This document shows, piece by piece, positions 20,139 to 27,949 of a stretch of DNA of 64,000 nt. Source of the stretch: Acidobacteriota bacterium (lineage in GTDB: Bacteria > Acidobacteriota > UBA890). The stretch's first letter is position 1. Every line of letters begins with the position of its first letter. The position numbers and the translations under genes were made by a program. The stretch is taken from contig DASWHK010000258.1 of assembly GCA_036398215.1 (NCBI GenBank), positions 12,700-76,699 on the forward strand, written 5' to 3'. The notes under the pieces were generated by a model. It ran no database searches, was not told the DNA's origin, and was given only the letters and a program-made list of their open reading frames with translations.

Positions 20139-21899
20139 CTAGCTGCCGGCAACCTGCACGGGAGCGACCACGGCGTCGGGAGCCAGCCGCAGGACGCGCA
20201 CCGCCGTCTCGGCGATCTCCCGAAAGGCCGGCGCGCCGACCTCACTTCCATAGTAGCCCTTGCGTGGTGCGTCGATCACGACCAGGACCACCAGCTCGGG
20301 AGCAGACGCGGGCAAGATGCCGACAAACGAAGACATGTACTGGCTGTAGGTGCCGTCGGGACCGATCTTCTGGGCGGTGCCGGTCTTGCCGGCGAGCCGG
20401 TAGCCGGGGATGCCGGCCGCCCGGGCGATGGGCGTGCCCGGCGCGATGACCCCCTCGAGGATCGCCATGACGCGCTGCGCCGTCGCCTCGTCGAGAATGC
20501 GATGGCGAACCCGCGGCTGGCGCGCGAAGGTGACCTCGCCCCCGGCGTCGCGGATGCTGGCGACCACGTAGGGCTCCATCAGCAGGCCGCCGTTGGCGAT
20601 CGCCGCCACCCCGGTCGCCAGCTGCAGCGGCGTGACGCCGATCTCCTGGCCGATGATCATCGAGCTCTGCGAGAGGCTCGACCAGCGCGCGGTCGGCCGC
20701 AGCAGGCCCGGCGCCTCTCCGGGCAGGTCGATTCCGGTGGGCGCTCCGAAGCCGAAGCCCTCCAGCCAGCGGTGGAAGCGCTCCGGCGGCAGCCGCAGGC
20801 CGACCTTGATCGTCCCCACGTTGCTGGAGTTGGCGATCACCTGCGAGAACGGCATGACGCCGAAACCGCTCCTCCAGTCGTGATAGACGTGGTTGGCGAC
20901 CCGCAGGGCGCCGCCTTGGCAGTCGATCAGCTCGTTCTCCATCACCAGGCCCTCGCGCAGGCCGGCCGCAGCGGTGAAGATCTTGAACGTCGAGCCCGGC
21001 TCGTAGGCGTGGTTGACGGCCGAGTTGGCCGCCGACAGCTCGATGCGAGTGGCGCCCTTCACGTTCGGGTCGAACGTCGGATACGACGCCAGGGCGAGGA
21101 CGGCGCCGCTGCGCGGATCCATGACGACGGCGCTGGCCCCGTCGGCATGTCGTTCCCGCACGGCCTGCTCGAGGCTGGCCTCGGCGGCCGCCTGGATGAC
21201 CGAATCGATGGTCAAGGTAAGTTCGTGGCCAGGAGTCGGGTCCTCACGGAAAAGCCCATCAGGATCGATGGGCTTGTTGCCGCCGTCTTTGAGGGTCAAC
21301 CAACGCCCGTCCTGGCCACGAATGACTTCGTCAAACTTGTACTCGATCCCCGCCACTCCCCGCTGGTCATCGGTCACGAAGCCCAGCACGTGGGCGGCGA
21401 GCTGGCGGTTGGGGTAGTAGCGCCGGCTGGCGGGTTCCATGCCGACCGCCAGGTGCAGGCGGTTGGCGCGCACCACCGCGAACACCTCATCGGCGATCTC
21501 CGGCGGCGCCTGCTTGCGCAGATAAACGAAGGTCCGCTGCGGGGCGAGAAGGCGTTGCACCTCCCCGACGGGCATCTGCAAAGGGGGCGCCAGCAGCGCC
21601 GCGGCGGCGTTGCGGTCGTCGAGGAGGTGGGGGTGGACGTAGATCGATTGCTCGTCGATGCTGCTGGCCAGCAGGCGGCCGTCGCGCGACAGGATGTTGC
21701 CGCGCAGCGCCGGGATGGTCGCCAGGGATTGCTGCTGGTCGCGGGCGCGCGCCACCAGGTCGTCGTGCAGGACGACCTGCAGGTGCACCAGCCGGCCGAG
21801 CAGCAGGCCGGTCCACAGGCCGGCGCAGAAGAGGACCAGGAAGAGGCGCCGCCGCTGCAGGCGTCCGACGCCTGGGCTGTTACGGTCGCTGACGACCAT
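20139..21899 (-). CDS. ftsI: Peptidoglycan D,D-transpeptidase FtsI (class B PBP)
   Basis: Transmembrane anchor (LFLVLFCAGLW), PBP dimerisation and transpeptidase domains (STFK, KTGTA); likely start MVVSD at 21899 overlapping the ftsL 3' end. Confidence 0.85.
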   Translation of the reverse strand: MVVSDRNSPGVGRLQRRRLFLVLFCAGLWTGLLLGRLVHLQVVLHDDLVARARDQQQSLATIPALRGNILSRDGRLLASSIDEQSIYVHPHLLDDRNAAAALLAPPLQMPVGEVQRLLAPQRTFVYLRKQAPPEIADEVFAVVRANRLHLAVGMEPASRRYYPNRQLAAHVLGFVTDDQRGVAGIEYKFDEVIRGQDGRWLTLKDGGNKPIDPDGLFREDPTPGHELTLTIDSVIQAAAEASLEQAVRERHADGASAVVMDPRSGAVLALASYPTFDPNVKGATRIELSAANSAVNHAYEPGSTFKIFTAAAGLREGLVMENELIDCQGGALRVANHVYHDWRSGFGVMPFSQVIANSSNVGTIKVGLRLPPERFHRWLEGFGFGAPTGIDLPGEAPGLLRPTARWSSLSQSSMIIGQEIGVTPLQLATGVAAIANGGLLMEPYVVASIRDAGGEVTFARQPRVRHRILDEATAQRVMAILEGVIAPGTPIARAAGIPGYRLAGKTGTAQKIGPDGTYSQYMSSFVGILPASAPELVVLVVIDAPRKGYYGSEVGAPAFREIAETAVRVLRLAPDAVVAPVQVAGS

Positions 21900-22284
21900 C
21901 GGGAGCTCCTGTCGCGGCAATGTAGAGCGGGTCACGCGCCGGTGCTTCAGGAGTCCGCGGCAAGAACACGACCTGGTCTTGCGTGGCGGGGACCAGGCCG
22001 CTGACAAGGCGGGCCAGCTCCTCGATGCGACGAGGATCCTTCATCGTGGCGAGCTCGATGTCGAGCCGGCGCCGCTGCTCTTCGAGCTCCTGTTTCTGTT
22101 GCTCGAGCCCGACCACTTGGCGCCGGTACTCATACAGCTTGGCCTGCAGGCCCGCGTACAGGAACGCGGGAAGCACCAGCACGATGCCCAGCAGGATCAT
22201 CCGGGCCAGGTCCCCGAAACGCCCCGGCTCGCGGGGCTTGACGAGGGGTCCGTTGACGACCCTGGGACGGCGGATCGGGGCCAT
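21880..22284 (-). CDS. ftsL: Cell division protein FtsL-like (small bitopic coiled-coil protein)
   Basis: 134 aa; transmembrane segment ILLGIVLVLPAFLYA followed by a coiled coil; position between rsmH and ftsI. Confidence 0.65.
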   Translation of the reverse strand: MAPIRRPRVVNGPLVKPREPGRFGDLARMILLGIVLVLPAFLYAGLQAKLYEYRRQVVGLEQQKQELEEQRRRLDIELATMKDPRRIEELARLVSGLVPATQDQVVFLPRTPEAPARDPLYIAATGAPDGRQRP

Positions 22285-22486
22285 CTCAGATCTTCCCGCA
22301 AGGTAGGAAGGAGACGGCGGGGGACGACAAGAAAAATCCGGAGCGTGGCCCCGACAGCCAGGGGCGAATGCTAGCCACGGTTGTAAAGGGAGGCAGTTTA
22401 CAACTCATGTTGGTCTAGCTGAGGCGACGGGGCCACAGGCTCCGGACACTCGTTGGTACTCGGTTGGATGGGCCAGCGCCCGCCGA

Positions 22487-23497
22487 TCACGGTCGCACCA
22501 GGGCCCGCAAGTGGGCGCTGCGCGACCGCGGATTGACCTCGACCTCGTTGGGGCCGGGTCGCAGCGGGCGCTTGGTCAGGATCTCGACCTCGGTGAACTT
22601 GTTGCAGGCGCAGCGCGGCAGCTTCGGCGGGCAGACGCAGTCGCTCGCCAGGTACTGGAAGGCCTGCTTGACCAGACGATCTTCGAGAGAGTGGAAGGTG
22701 ATCACCACCAGACGGCCGCCGGGCGCCAGCAGGCGGGTGGCGCCGATCGCGAACTCGTACAGCCCGCTGAGCTCGTCGTTGACCGCGATCCGCAGCGCCT
22801 GGAAGGTGCGGGTGGCGGCGTGGATGTGCGCCGGCGCTCGCGGCACGGCGGCAGACACCACCTCGGCGAGCTGGTCGGTGGTCCGCAGCCGGCTGCGGCC
22901 GCGGGCGGCGACGATGGCACGAGCGATCGGGCCGGCGTAACGCTCTTCGCCGTAGCGGCGCAGGATCGAGGCGAGCTCGTCGGCGTCCAGCTCGTGAATC
23001 AAGTCGGCGGCGGTGAGGGCCCTCGTCCGGTCCATCCGCATGTCGAGGGGCCCCGAGCGGCGGAACGAGAAGCCCCGCTCGGCGGAGTCCAGCTGCAGCG
23101 ACGAGACCCCGAGGTCGGCGACGATGCCGCGGACCGGCCACCAGCGGCGCTCGAAGGCGAGCTGGGGAAGGTTCCGGTAATCGGCGTTGAGCAGCTCTAC
23201 CCGGCTCTTCCACGGCTCCAGCCGGCGGCGCGCGACATCGAGGGTCTCGGAGTCGCGGTCCAGGCCGATGACCATGCAGTCGGGGCAGGCGGCCAGGATC
23301 GCGGCGCTGTGGCCGCCGCCGCCGACGGTGGCGTCGATAACCAGGCCGCCCGAGGCCTCGAGGTAATCGAGGACCTCGTCGACCATCACGGGACGGTGGA
23401 TCTGGCCGGGCTCCATGGTCGTGCGCGCATCCACTTCCTGCGGCCAAGGGAGCCGCAGCGGGCTGGCGGGCGTCTGAACCCTGGCAACCGTGATCAT
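22487..23497 (-). CDS. rsmH: 16S rRNA (cytosine1402-N4)-methyltransferase RsmH (MraW)
   Basis: HRPVMVDEVLDYL...DATVGGGGHS motifs; the start could be the MEPGQ ATG at 23416 rather than 23497. Confidence 0.85.
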   Translation of the reverse strand: MITVARVQTPASPLRLPWPQEVDARTTMEPGQIHRPVMVDEVLDYLEASGGLVIDATVGGGGHSAAILAACPDCMVIGLDRDSETLDVARRRLEPWKSRVELLNADYRNLPQLAFERRWWPVRGIVADLGVSSLQLDSAERGFSFRRSGPLDMRMDRTRALTAADLIHELDADELASILRRYGEERYAGPIARAIVAARGRSRLRTTDQLAEVVSAAVPRAPAHIHAATRTFQALRIAVNDELSGLYEFAIGATRLLAPGGRLVVITFHSLEDRLVKQAFQYLASDCVCPPKLPRCACNKFTEVEILTKRPLRPGPNEVEVNPRSRSAHLRALVRP

Positions 23498-23937
23498 CAG
23501 ATGCCCAGCTCAGCGAGTTTGTCGAGATCCTGCTCGCTGAGCGGCTCGCTGGCGAGGCGCTGGCGAAAGATCTCGTGGTTCCAGACGACCAGGTAATCCA
23601 TCTGCCCCATCACCACCACCTCGCCGCTCATCCGCGCCTCTTCGCGCAGCAGCGCCGGTACCAGCACGCGGCCCTGCTTGTCCATCGTGGTGACGTGACC
23701 GTAGTAGTTGACGCGATCCATGAGCTTCTGGCGGGCCGGGTTCATGGCCGGGATCCGGTTGATGCGCTCTTCGAGGGCTGCCCACACGGGCAGGGGATAG
23801 ATGCGGACGTGCTCGCCGGTGAGGCTGGTGAGGAAGACCTCGGCGCCGTAGGCGTCGCGGATCGTCGTGCGGAACGACGTCGGGATCTTGATCCGGCCCT
23901 TGTCATCGACCGTGGCCGGCTGGTTCCCGCGAAGCAT
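23497..23937 (-). CDS. mraZ: Transcriptional regulator MraZ
   Basis: 146 aa with duplicated MraZ domain (VDDKGRIKIP ... MDKQGRVLVP); first gene of the dcw cluster. Confidence 0.9.
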   Translation of the reverse strand: MLRGNQPATVDDKGRIKIPTSFRTTIRDAYGAEVFLTSLTGEHVRIYPLPVWAALEERINRIPAMNPARQKLMDRVNYYGHVTTMDKQGRVLVPALLREEARMSGEVVVMGQMDYLVVWNHEIFRQRLASEPLSEQDLDKLAELGI

Positions 23938-23984
23938 CGGCGCCTGATCTCCGGTGATCTGTTCATGATTTTGGGACGGTCATC

Positions 23985-24009
23985 CACTTTGGTCCATTTC
24001 GAACCACCG
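23985..24009 (-). promoter_or_regulatory. Putative MraZ operator: three TGGN direct repeats at 10-bp spacing (GGTGGttcgaaATGGAccaaaGTGGA on minus strand)
   Basis: Lies immediately downstream of the predicted -10 element, as in the E. coli Pmra/MraZ architecture; read by eye. Confidence 0.4.
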
Positions 24010-24012
24010 GCG

Positions 24013-24042
24013 ACTATATGAATCCTCGCGATCACCTGTCAA
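24013..24042 (-). promoter_or_regulatory. Candidate sigma70 promoter of the dcw cluster (TTGACA-18-TATAGT) with upstream T-rich UP-like tract
   Basis: Minus strand reads TTGACAggtgatcgcgaggattcaTATAGT about 75-105 nt upstream of the mraZ ATG; preceded by T8 and an AT-rich stretch. Confidence 0.5.
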
Positions 24043-24122
24043 GCACAAAGAAGCGAAAAAGTGGTGGCGAAGAAAAAAAACCGCGCACGCCCCCTGGCTC
24101 GGGTCCCCGTTGGTCGCGGCCC

Positions 24123-24250
24123 CGGCCGCCGGTGGGTGACGCCTGCGAGCCGCAGGGTGGCCTAGCAGGCCGTGGTGAAGCCGCCGGGCGGTGACGCGTG
24201 CGAACCGCGGTGGCCTGCGGGCGAAACCGCCGGGCTGCGAGGGGTGGCGC
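24123..24250 (+). repeat. Degenerate tandem repeat array (~56-nt period) containing a partial REP-like core (tagcaggccgtggtgaag)
   Basis: gccgccGGTGGGTGACGCcTGCGAgCCGCaGGGTGGCCT is repeated as gccgccGGGCGGTGACGCgTGCGAaCCGCGGTGGCCT, followed by a third partial unit; sits between the mraZ promoter and the htpX stop. Confidence 0.5.
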
Positions 24251-25089
24251 TACCGGCCCAACAGCCGGCGGACGCGCTCTTCGATCGGCGGGTGGGTGGA
24301 GAACAGCTTGCCGAGGCCGCCGGCGAAGGGCTTGACGATGTACATGTGGGCGGTGGCCGGCGAGGCCGGTGAAGCCTCGGGCGGGACGCGGCGGTTGGTC
24401 TGCTCCAGGCGCTGGAGAGCGTTCGCCAGGCCTTGCGGGTGTCCGACCATATCGGCGCCGGTGGCGTCGGCCTTGAACTCGCGGGTGCGCGAGATCGCCA
24501 TCTGCACCATCATCGCCGCCAGCGGCGCCAGGATCGACATCGCCAGCAGGGCGAAGATGTTGCCGCCGTCGCGGCCGCCGCGGCCGCCGCCGAAGAAAGC
24601 GCCCCAGCGAGCTATGGTGGCCAGGAACATGATGGCGCCGGCGATCGTCGCGGCGATCGAGGAGAGCAGGATGTCGCGGTTCTTGACGTGGGCGAGCTCG
24701 TGGGCGATGACCCCCGCGAGCTCCTCCTCGCTCAACAGTTGCAGCAGCCCTTCGGTCACCGCCACCGCCGCGTGCGACGGGTTGCGGCCGGTGGCGAAGG
24801 CGTTGGGGGCCGGCGACGGAATCACGTAGAGCGCCGGCTTCGGCAGGCCGGAGCGCGCCACCAGGCCATCGGTGATCCGGTGCAGGCTCGGATACTCGGC
24901 CTCGCCGGCGGGGCGGGCCCCGGAAGTGCGCAGCACGATGCTGGCCGAGAACCAGTAGCTGCCGATGTTCAGGAGAGTGGCGAAGACCAGCGCCACGACC
25001 ATGCCTTGCTGCCCACCGAAGTAGCCGCCGAAGGCCAGCAGCAGGCCGGTCAGCAGCCCCAACAGAAGAGTCGTCTTGATCGTGCTCAT
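24250..25089 (-). CDS. htpX: Zinc metalloprotease HtpX (M48 family)
   Basis: HELAHVKNRD zinc motif, 4 transmembrane segments; ATG (MSTIKTT) placed at 25089 by codon arithmetic. Confidence 0.85.
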   Translation of the reverse strand: MSTIKTTLLLGLLTGLLLAFGGYFGGQQGMVVALVFATLLNIGSYWFSASIVLRTSGARPAGEAEYPSLHRITDGLVARSGLPKPALYVIPSPAPNAFATGRNPSHAAVAVTEGLLQLLSEEELAGVIAHELAHVKNRDILLSSIAATIAGAIMFLATIARWGAFFGGGRGGRDGGNIFALLAMSILAPLAAMMVQMAISRTREFKADATGADMVGHPQGLANALQRLEQTNRRVPPEASPASPATAHMYIVKPFAGGLGKLFSTHPPIEERVRRLLGR

Positions 25090-25100
25090 GGAATCGATTG

Positions 25101-25145
25101 TAGCAGGCCGAGGTGGAAGTGTGATGGGTCTGGTTACGGCGGGAA
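25101..25145 (+). repeat. REP-like intergenic repeat copy (tagcaggccgaggtggaagtgtgatgggtctggttacggcgg)
   Basis: Member of the family described in findings; lies upstream of htpX. Confidence 0.6.
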
Positions 25146-25196
25146 AAGACCAGATGCGAGGCGCCGCGACGACGGCGACGTTGAATACATCGTCTG

Positions 25197-25817
25197 CTAC
25201 GGAAGTAGCACGACGAGGGCGGCGGCAAGGCCGGCGCCGATCGCGGCCGGCGTGAAGATCGCCAGCCAGCGGCCGGCGACCCCGGGCCCGAGGGCACCGC
25301 ACAGCCAGCGCTCGAGCAGCCGCGACGCCAGCGCCGCCAGCAGGATCAGACCGGCGTCGCCCGGTCCGATCAGGGCCATGCCGTGGGCCAGCGCGGCCAG
25401 CAGCGTTGCCGCGCCGGCCGCCGCCAGCATGCCCTCGGCCGAGACCGACCCCGGGGCACCGGCCTCGACCCGGCGGATCGAGGGCAAGGCGTAGCCGACC
25501 CCGGCGAAGGCGGCGCCGACCTCGGCGCCCACCGAGATGGCGGCCAGCGAGCAGATGCCGGCGACCGCCGCGGCCGCCCAGTAGGCGGGTGCCGCCGTCA
25601 TCTCACCGAACAGCGCCAGGCCGACCGCGACGGCGGCGGCGGCGGCGACCTGGAGGAGCGTCGGGAGCGCCGGGACGGGCAGGCCGCGGCGCGACGGGCT
25701 CGGCCCGGCGCCGCCGCCTAGCCACCTCGCCAGCGCCCGCAAGGCGAGCAGCCCCGCCACCAGGATCGCCAGCTCCACGACCTGGGATGGCGGCGCGGAA
25801 ACGAGCTCCTGACCCAT
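25197..25817 (-). CDS. Hypothetical Ala/Gly-rich integral membrane protein
   Basis: 206 aa, multiple hydrophobic segments, GC3-rich codon usage consistent with coding; no family recognised. Confidence 0.45.
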   Translation of the reverse strand: MGQELVSAPPSQVVELAILVAGLLALRALARWLGGGAGPSPSRRGLPVPALPTLLQVAAAAAVAVGLALFGEMTAAPAYWAAAAVAGICSLAAISVGAEVGAAFAGVGYALPSIRRVEAGAPGSVSAEGMLAAAGAATLLAALAHGMALIGPGDAGLILLAALASRLLERWLCGALGPGVAGRWLAIFTPAAIGAGLAAALVVLLP

Positions 25818-25850
25818 CTCAAGTGTTCCGTACAGTAAACATCGTCGTAT

Positions 25851-26813
25851 TTACTCTAGGTCTTCCCGGGAGGTGCGTTGGCGCCAGAAGTCGAGCACCG
25901 CGTCGAGCGTCTCGGCGAGGCGGAAGCGCGGCTCCCAGCCGAGCTCCCGGCGCGCCCGGGAGGCGTCGCCGCGGAGCACGCGAAGGTCGGCCCGCCGCAA
26001 CCGCTCCGGGTCCTCGACGACGCGGATGTCGACCCGCGACGCCGCCCGCAGGTGATCGAGGATCGTGGCGATCGGCACCGCCTCGCCGCTACACAGGTTG
26101 TAGACGCGCCCCGGCTCGCCGTCGGTCGCCGCCAGCAGGTAGCCGCGGACGATGTCGCGGACGTCGCTGAAGTCGCGGGCGGCATCGAGGTTGCCGACGG
26201 TGATCACCGGCTCCTGGAGCCCGGCCTCGGCGCGGGCGATCTGGCGGGCGAAGTCGCTGCACACGAAGCTCGGCGATTGCCAGGGTCCGGTGTAGTTGAA
26301 GGTCCGCAGGATCACCGTCGGGACGCCGTCGCCGAGCCGGACCTGCTCCGCCAGCAGCTCGGCGCAGCGCTTGCTGACCGCGTAGGGGCTCTGCGGCGTG
26401 GTCGGGTCCTCCTCGGTCAGCGGCCGGGAGTCCGCCGGACGGGCGCCGTAGACCTGGCCCGAAGAGGCCAGCACCACGCGCGGCTTGGGGTCGAGCCCGG
26501 CGGCCACCTCGAGGACCGTGGCGGTCCCCAAAACGTTGATCTCCAGCGTCGCGCGCCGTTGCTCCCAGGCCTGGGCAACGTGGGTGAGGGCGGCGAGGTG
26601 AAAGATCGTCTCCGGGCGAAAGGCTTCGGCGAGCCCGCGCAGCCGCTCGCCGTCGCGAATGTCGGCCTCGCAGAACTCGATGCGGTCGAGTAGCGGGGCG
26701 AGCTGGTCGCTGGTGCCGCGGTCGAGTCCGGCGACGCAGGCGTCGCGGGCCAGCAACTCGGTCGCCAGGTGCCCGCCGGCGAAGCCGCTGATGCCGGTGA
26801 TCAGGCTGCGCAT
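25851..26813 (-). CDS. NAD-dependent epimerase/dehydratase (GDP-4-keto-6-deoxy-D-mannose reductase Rmd-like SDR)
   Basis: MRSLITGISGFAGGHL Rossmann motif, YxxxK (SPYAVSK); the ORF-track start at 26852 adds 13 aa that overlap a repeat. Confidence 0.8.
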   Translation of the reverse strand: MRSLITGISGFAGGHLATELLARDACVAGLDRGTSDQLAPLLDRIEFCEADIRDGERLRGLAEAFRPETIFHLAALTHVAQAWEQRRATLEINVLGTATVLEVAAGLDPKPRVVLASSGQVYGARPADSRPLTEEDPTTPQSPYAVSKRCAELLAEQVRLGDGVPTVILRTFNYTGPWQSPSFVCSDFARQIARAEAGLQEPVITVGNLDAARDFSDVRDIVRGYLLAATDGEPGRVYNLCSGEAVPIATILDHLRAASRVDIRVVEDPERLRRADLRVLRGDASRARRELGWEPRFRLAETLDAVLDFWRQRTSREDLE

Positions 26814-26827
26814 CTGGCCCGGCCGGC

Positions 26828-26867
26828 TAGCAGCCCGTGGTGAAACTCCCATGGGTCTGGTTGCGGG
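26828..26867 (+). repeat. REP-like intergenic repeat, best copy (tagcagcccgtggtgaaactcccatgggtctggttgcggg)
   Basis: See findings; sits between two minus-strand SDR genes. Confidence 0.65.
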
Positions 26868-26916
26868 CTCGCGCAGAAGGGCGATGAGAAATGCAGCTTC
26901 AGCATGGCACGGATGC

Positions 26917-27876
26917 TCAGTCTCGGACCCGCTCTCTCCAGTAGTCGAGGAGATCGGCCGTCGTCTTTTCGAAGGGGATCTCCGGCTTCCAGCCGCTCGC
27001 CTCCCGGAACTTGGTCGGGTCGCCGAGCAGCAGCGGCACGTCGGAGGGACGCAGGCGCGCCGGGTCCTCGCGCACCTCGATGTCGCGGCCGCCGTGGGCG
27101 AGCAAGAGGTCGAGGACCTCGCGAATCCGGTAGGCCCTGCCGCTGGCGACGTTGTAGACCTCGCCCGGCGTGCAACGCTCGAGGCTCAACCAGTAGGCGC
27201 GAACGACGTCGCGGACGTCGGTGAAATCGCGTTCCGGCGTCAGGTCGCCGACGTGGATCACCGGCTCGCGGATGCCGGCCTCGATCTCGGCGATCTGCTT
27301 GGCGAAGTTGCTGGTGACGAAAACGTCGCCGCGCCGCGGCCCGGTGTGGTTGAAGGCGCGGGTGCGGACCACCTGCAGGCCCCAGGAGCGGAAGTACTGG
27401 TAGCCGAGGGTGTCCTGGGCGACCTTCGAGACCGCGTAGGGGGACAGCGGCCGCAGGGGGTTGTCCTCGGTGATCGGCACCTCGTCGGGGTGCACGAGAC
27501 CGTACTCCTCGGAGGAGCCGGCGATCTGGATCGGGGCTTCGCTGCCGATCTCGCGCATCGCCTCGAAGATGTTGAGCTGGCCGATCACGTTGGTGGTCAG
27601 CGTCTCCGCCGGCGCGTTCCACGAGGTCGGCACGTACGACTGCGCCGCCAGGTGGAAGATCCGCTCGGGGCGGACCTCGGTGATCAGCCGCTTCACCGAA
27701 TGAGCATCGCGCAGGTCGCACTCGTGCATCTCGACGTCGCCCTCGAGGTGCTCGATGTTGTCGCGACGCGAGCGCCAACGGCAGATCCCGACGACCTCGA
27801 CGTCGCCGAGCGTCAGGCAGTAGTCGGCCAGATGGCTGCCCACGAATCCGGTGATACCGGTGATCAAGACCTTCAC
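26917..27876 (-). CDS. NAD-dependent epimerase/dehydratase family protein (second SDR sugar-nucleotide enzyme)
   Basis: VKVLITGITGFVGSHL Rossmann motif, SPYAVSK catalytic motif; GTG start with AGGGGG RBS. Confidence 0.8.
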   Translation of the reverse strand: MKVLITGITGFVGSHLADYCLTLGDVEVVGICRWRSRRDNIEHLEGDVEMHECDLRDAHSVKRLITEVRPERIFHLAAQSYVPTSWNAPAETLTTNVIGQLNIFEAMREIGSEAPIQIAGSSEEYGLVHPDEVPITEDNPLRPLSPYAVSKVAQDTLGYQYFRSWGLQVVRTRAFNHTGPRRGDVFVTSNFAKQIAEIEAGIREPVIHVGDLTPERDFTDVRDVVRAYWLSLERCTPGEVYNVASGRAYRIREVLDLLLAHGGRDIEVREDPARLRPSDVPLLLGDPTKFREASGWKPEIPFEKTTADLLDYWRERVRD

Positions 27877-27949
27877 GAAACCCCCTGAAAGAAAGGCGGC
27901 GCTGACGATACCATGGGTCGCCGGCGCGCAGTTGCCGCCCGACGAACGG

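Noticed and set aside
22381-22403. NtcA (GTA-N8-TAC) or LexA box interpretation of TTGTAAA-N9-TTTACAA
   Set aside because: GTA and TAC are separated by 13 nt, not 8; no match to known LexA consensus variants; left as an unassigned palindrome.
22286-22408. 40-codon minus-strand ORF (MSCKLPPFTTVASIRPW...) ending 1 nt before the ftsL start
   Set aside because: No Shine-Dalgarno sequence and low-complexity composition; more likely non-coding promoter or operator DNA.
26828-26867. Reading the REP-like repeats as sigW-type ECF promoters (GGTGAAAC ... )
   Set aside because: The -35-like TGAAAC is present in only some copies (others have GGTGGAAG), and the sequence 16-17 nt downstream is GCGG/CGGG rather than the CGTA/CGTC -10; only the copy upstream of the ECF sigma gene itself (39516-39542) fits the full consensus.
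26828-26867. Leader-peptide interpretation of the conserved ATGGGTCTGG (MGLVA...) inside the repeats
   Set aside because: Conservation is at the nucleotide level and extends 5' of the ATG; downstream peptides differ completely in length and sequence, and on the opposite strand CCCATGGG equally yields an ATG; more parsimonious as a repeat element.
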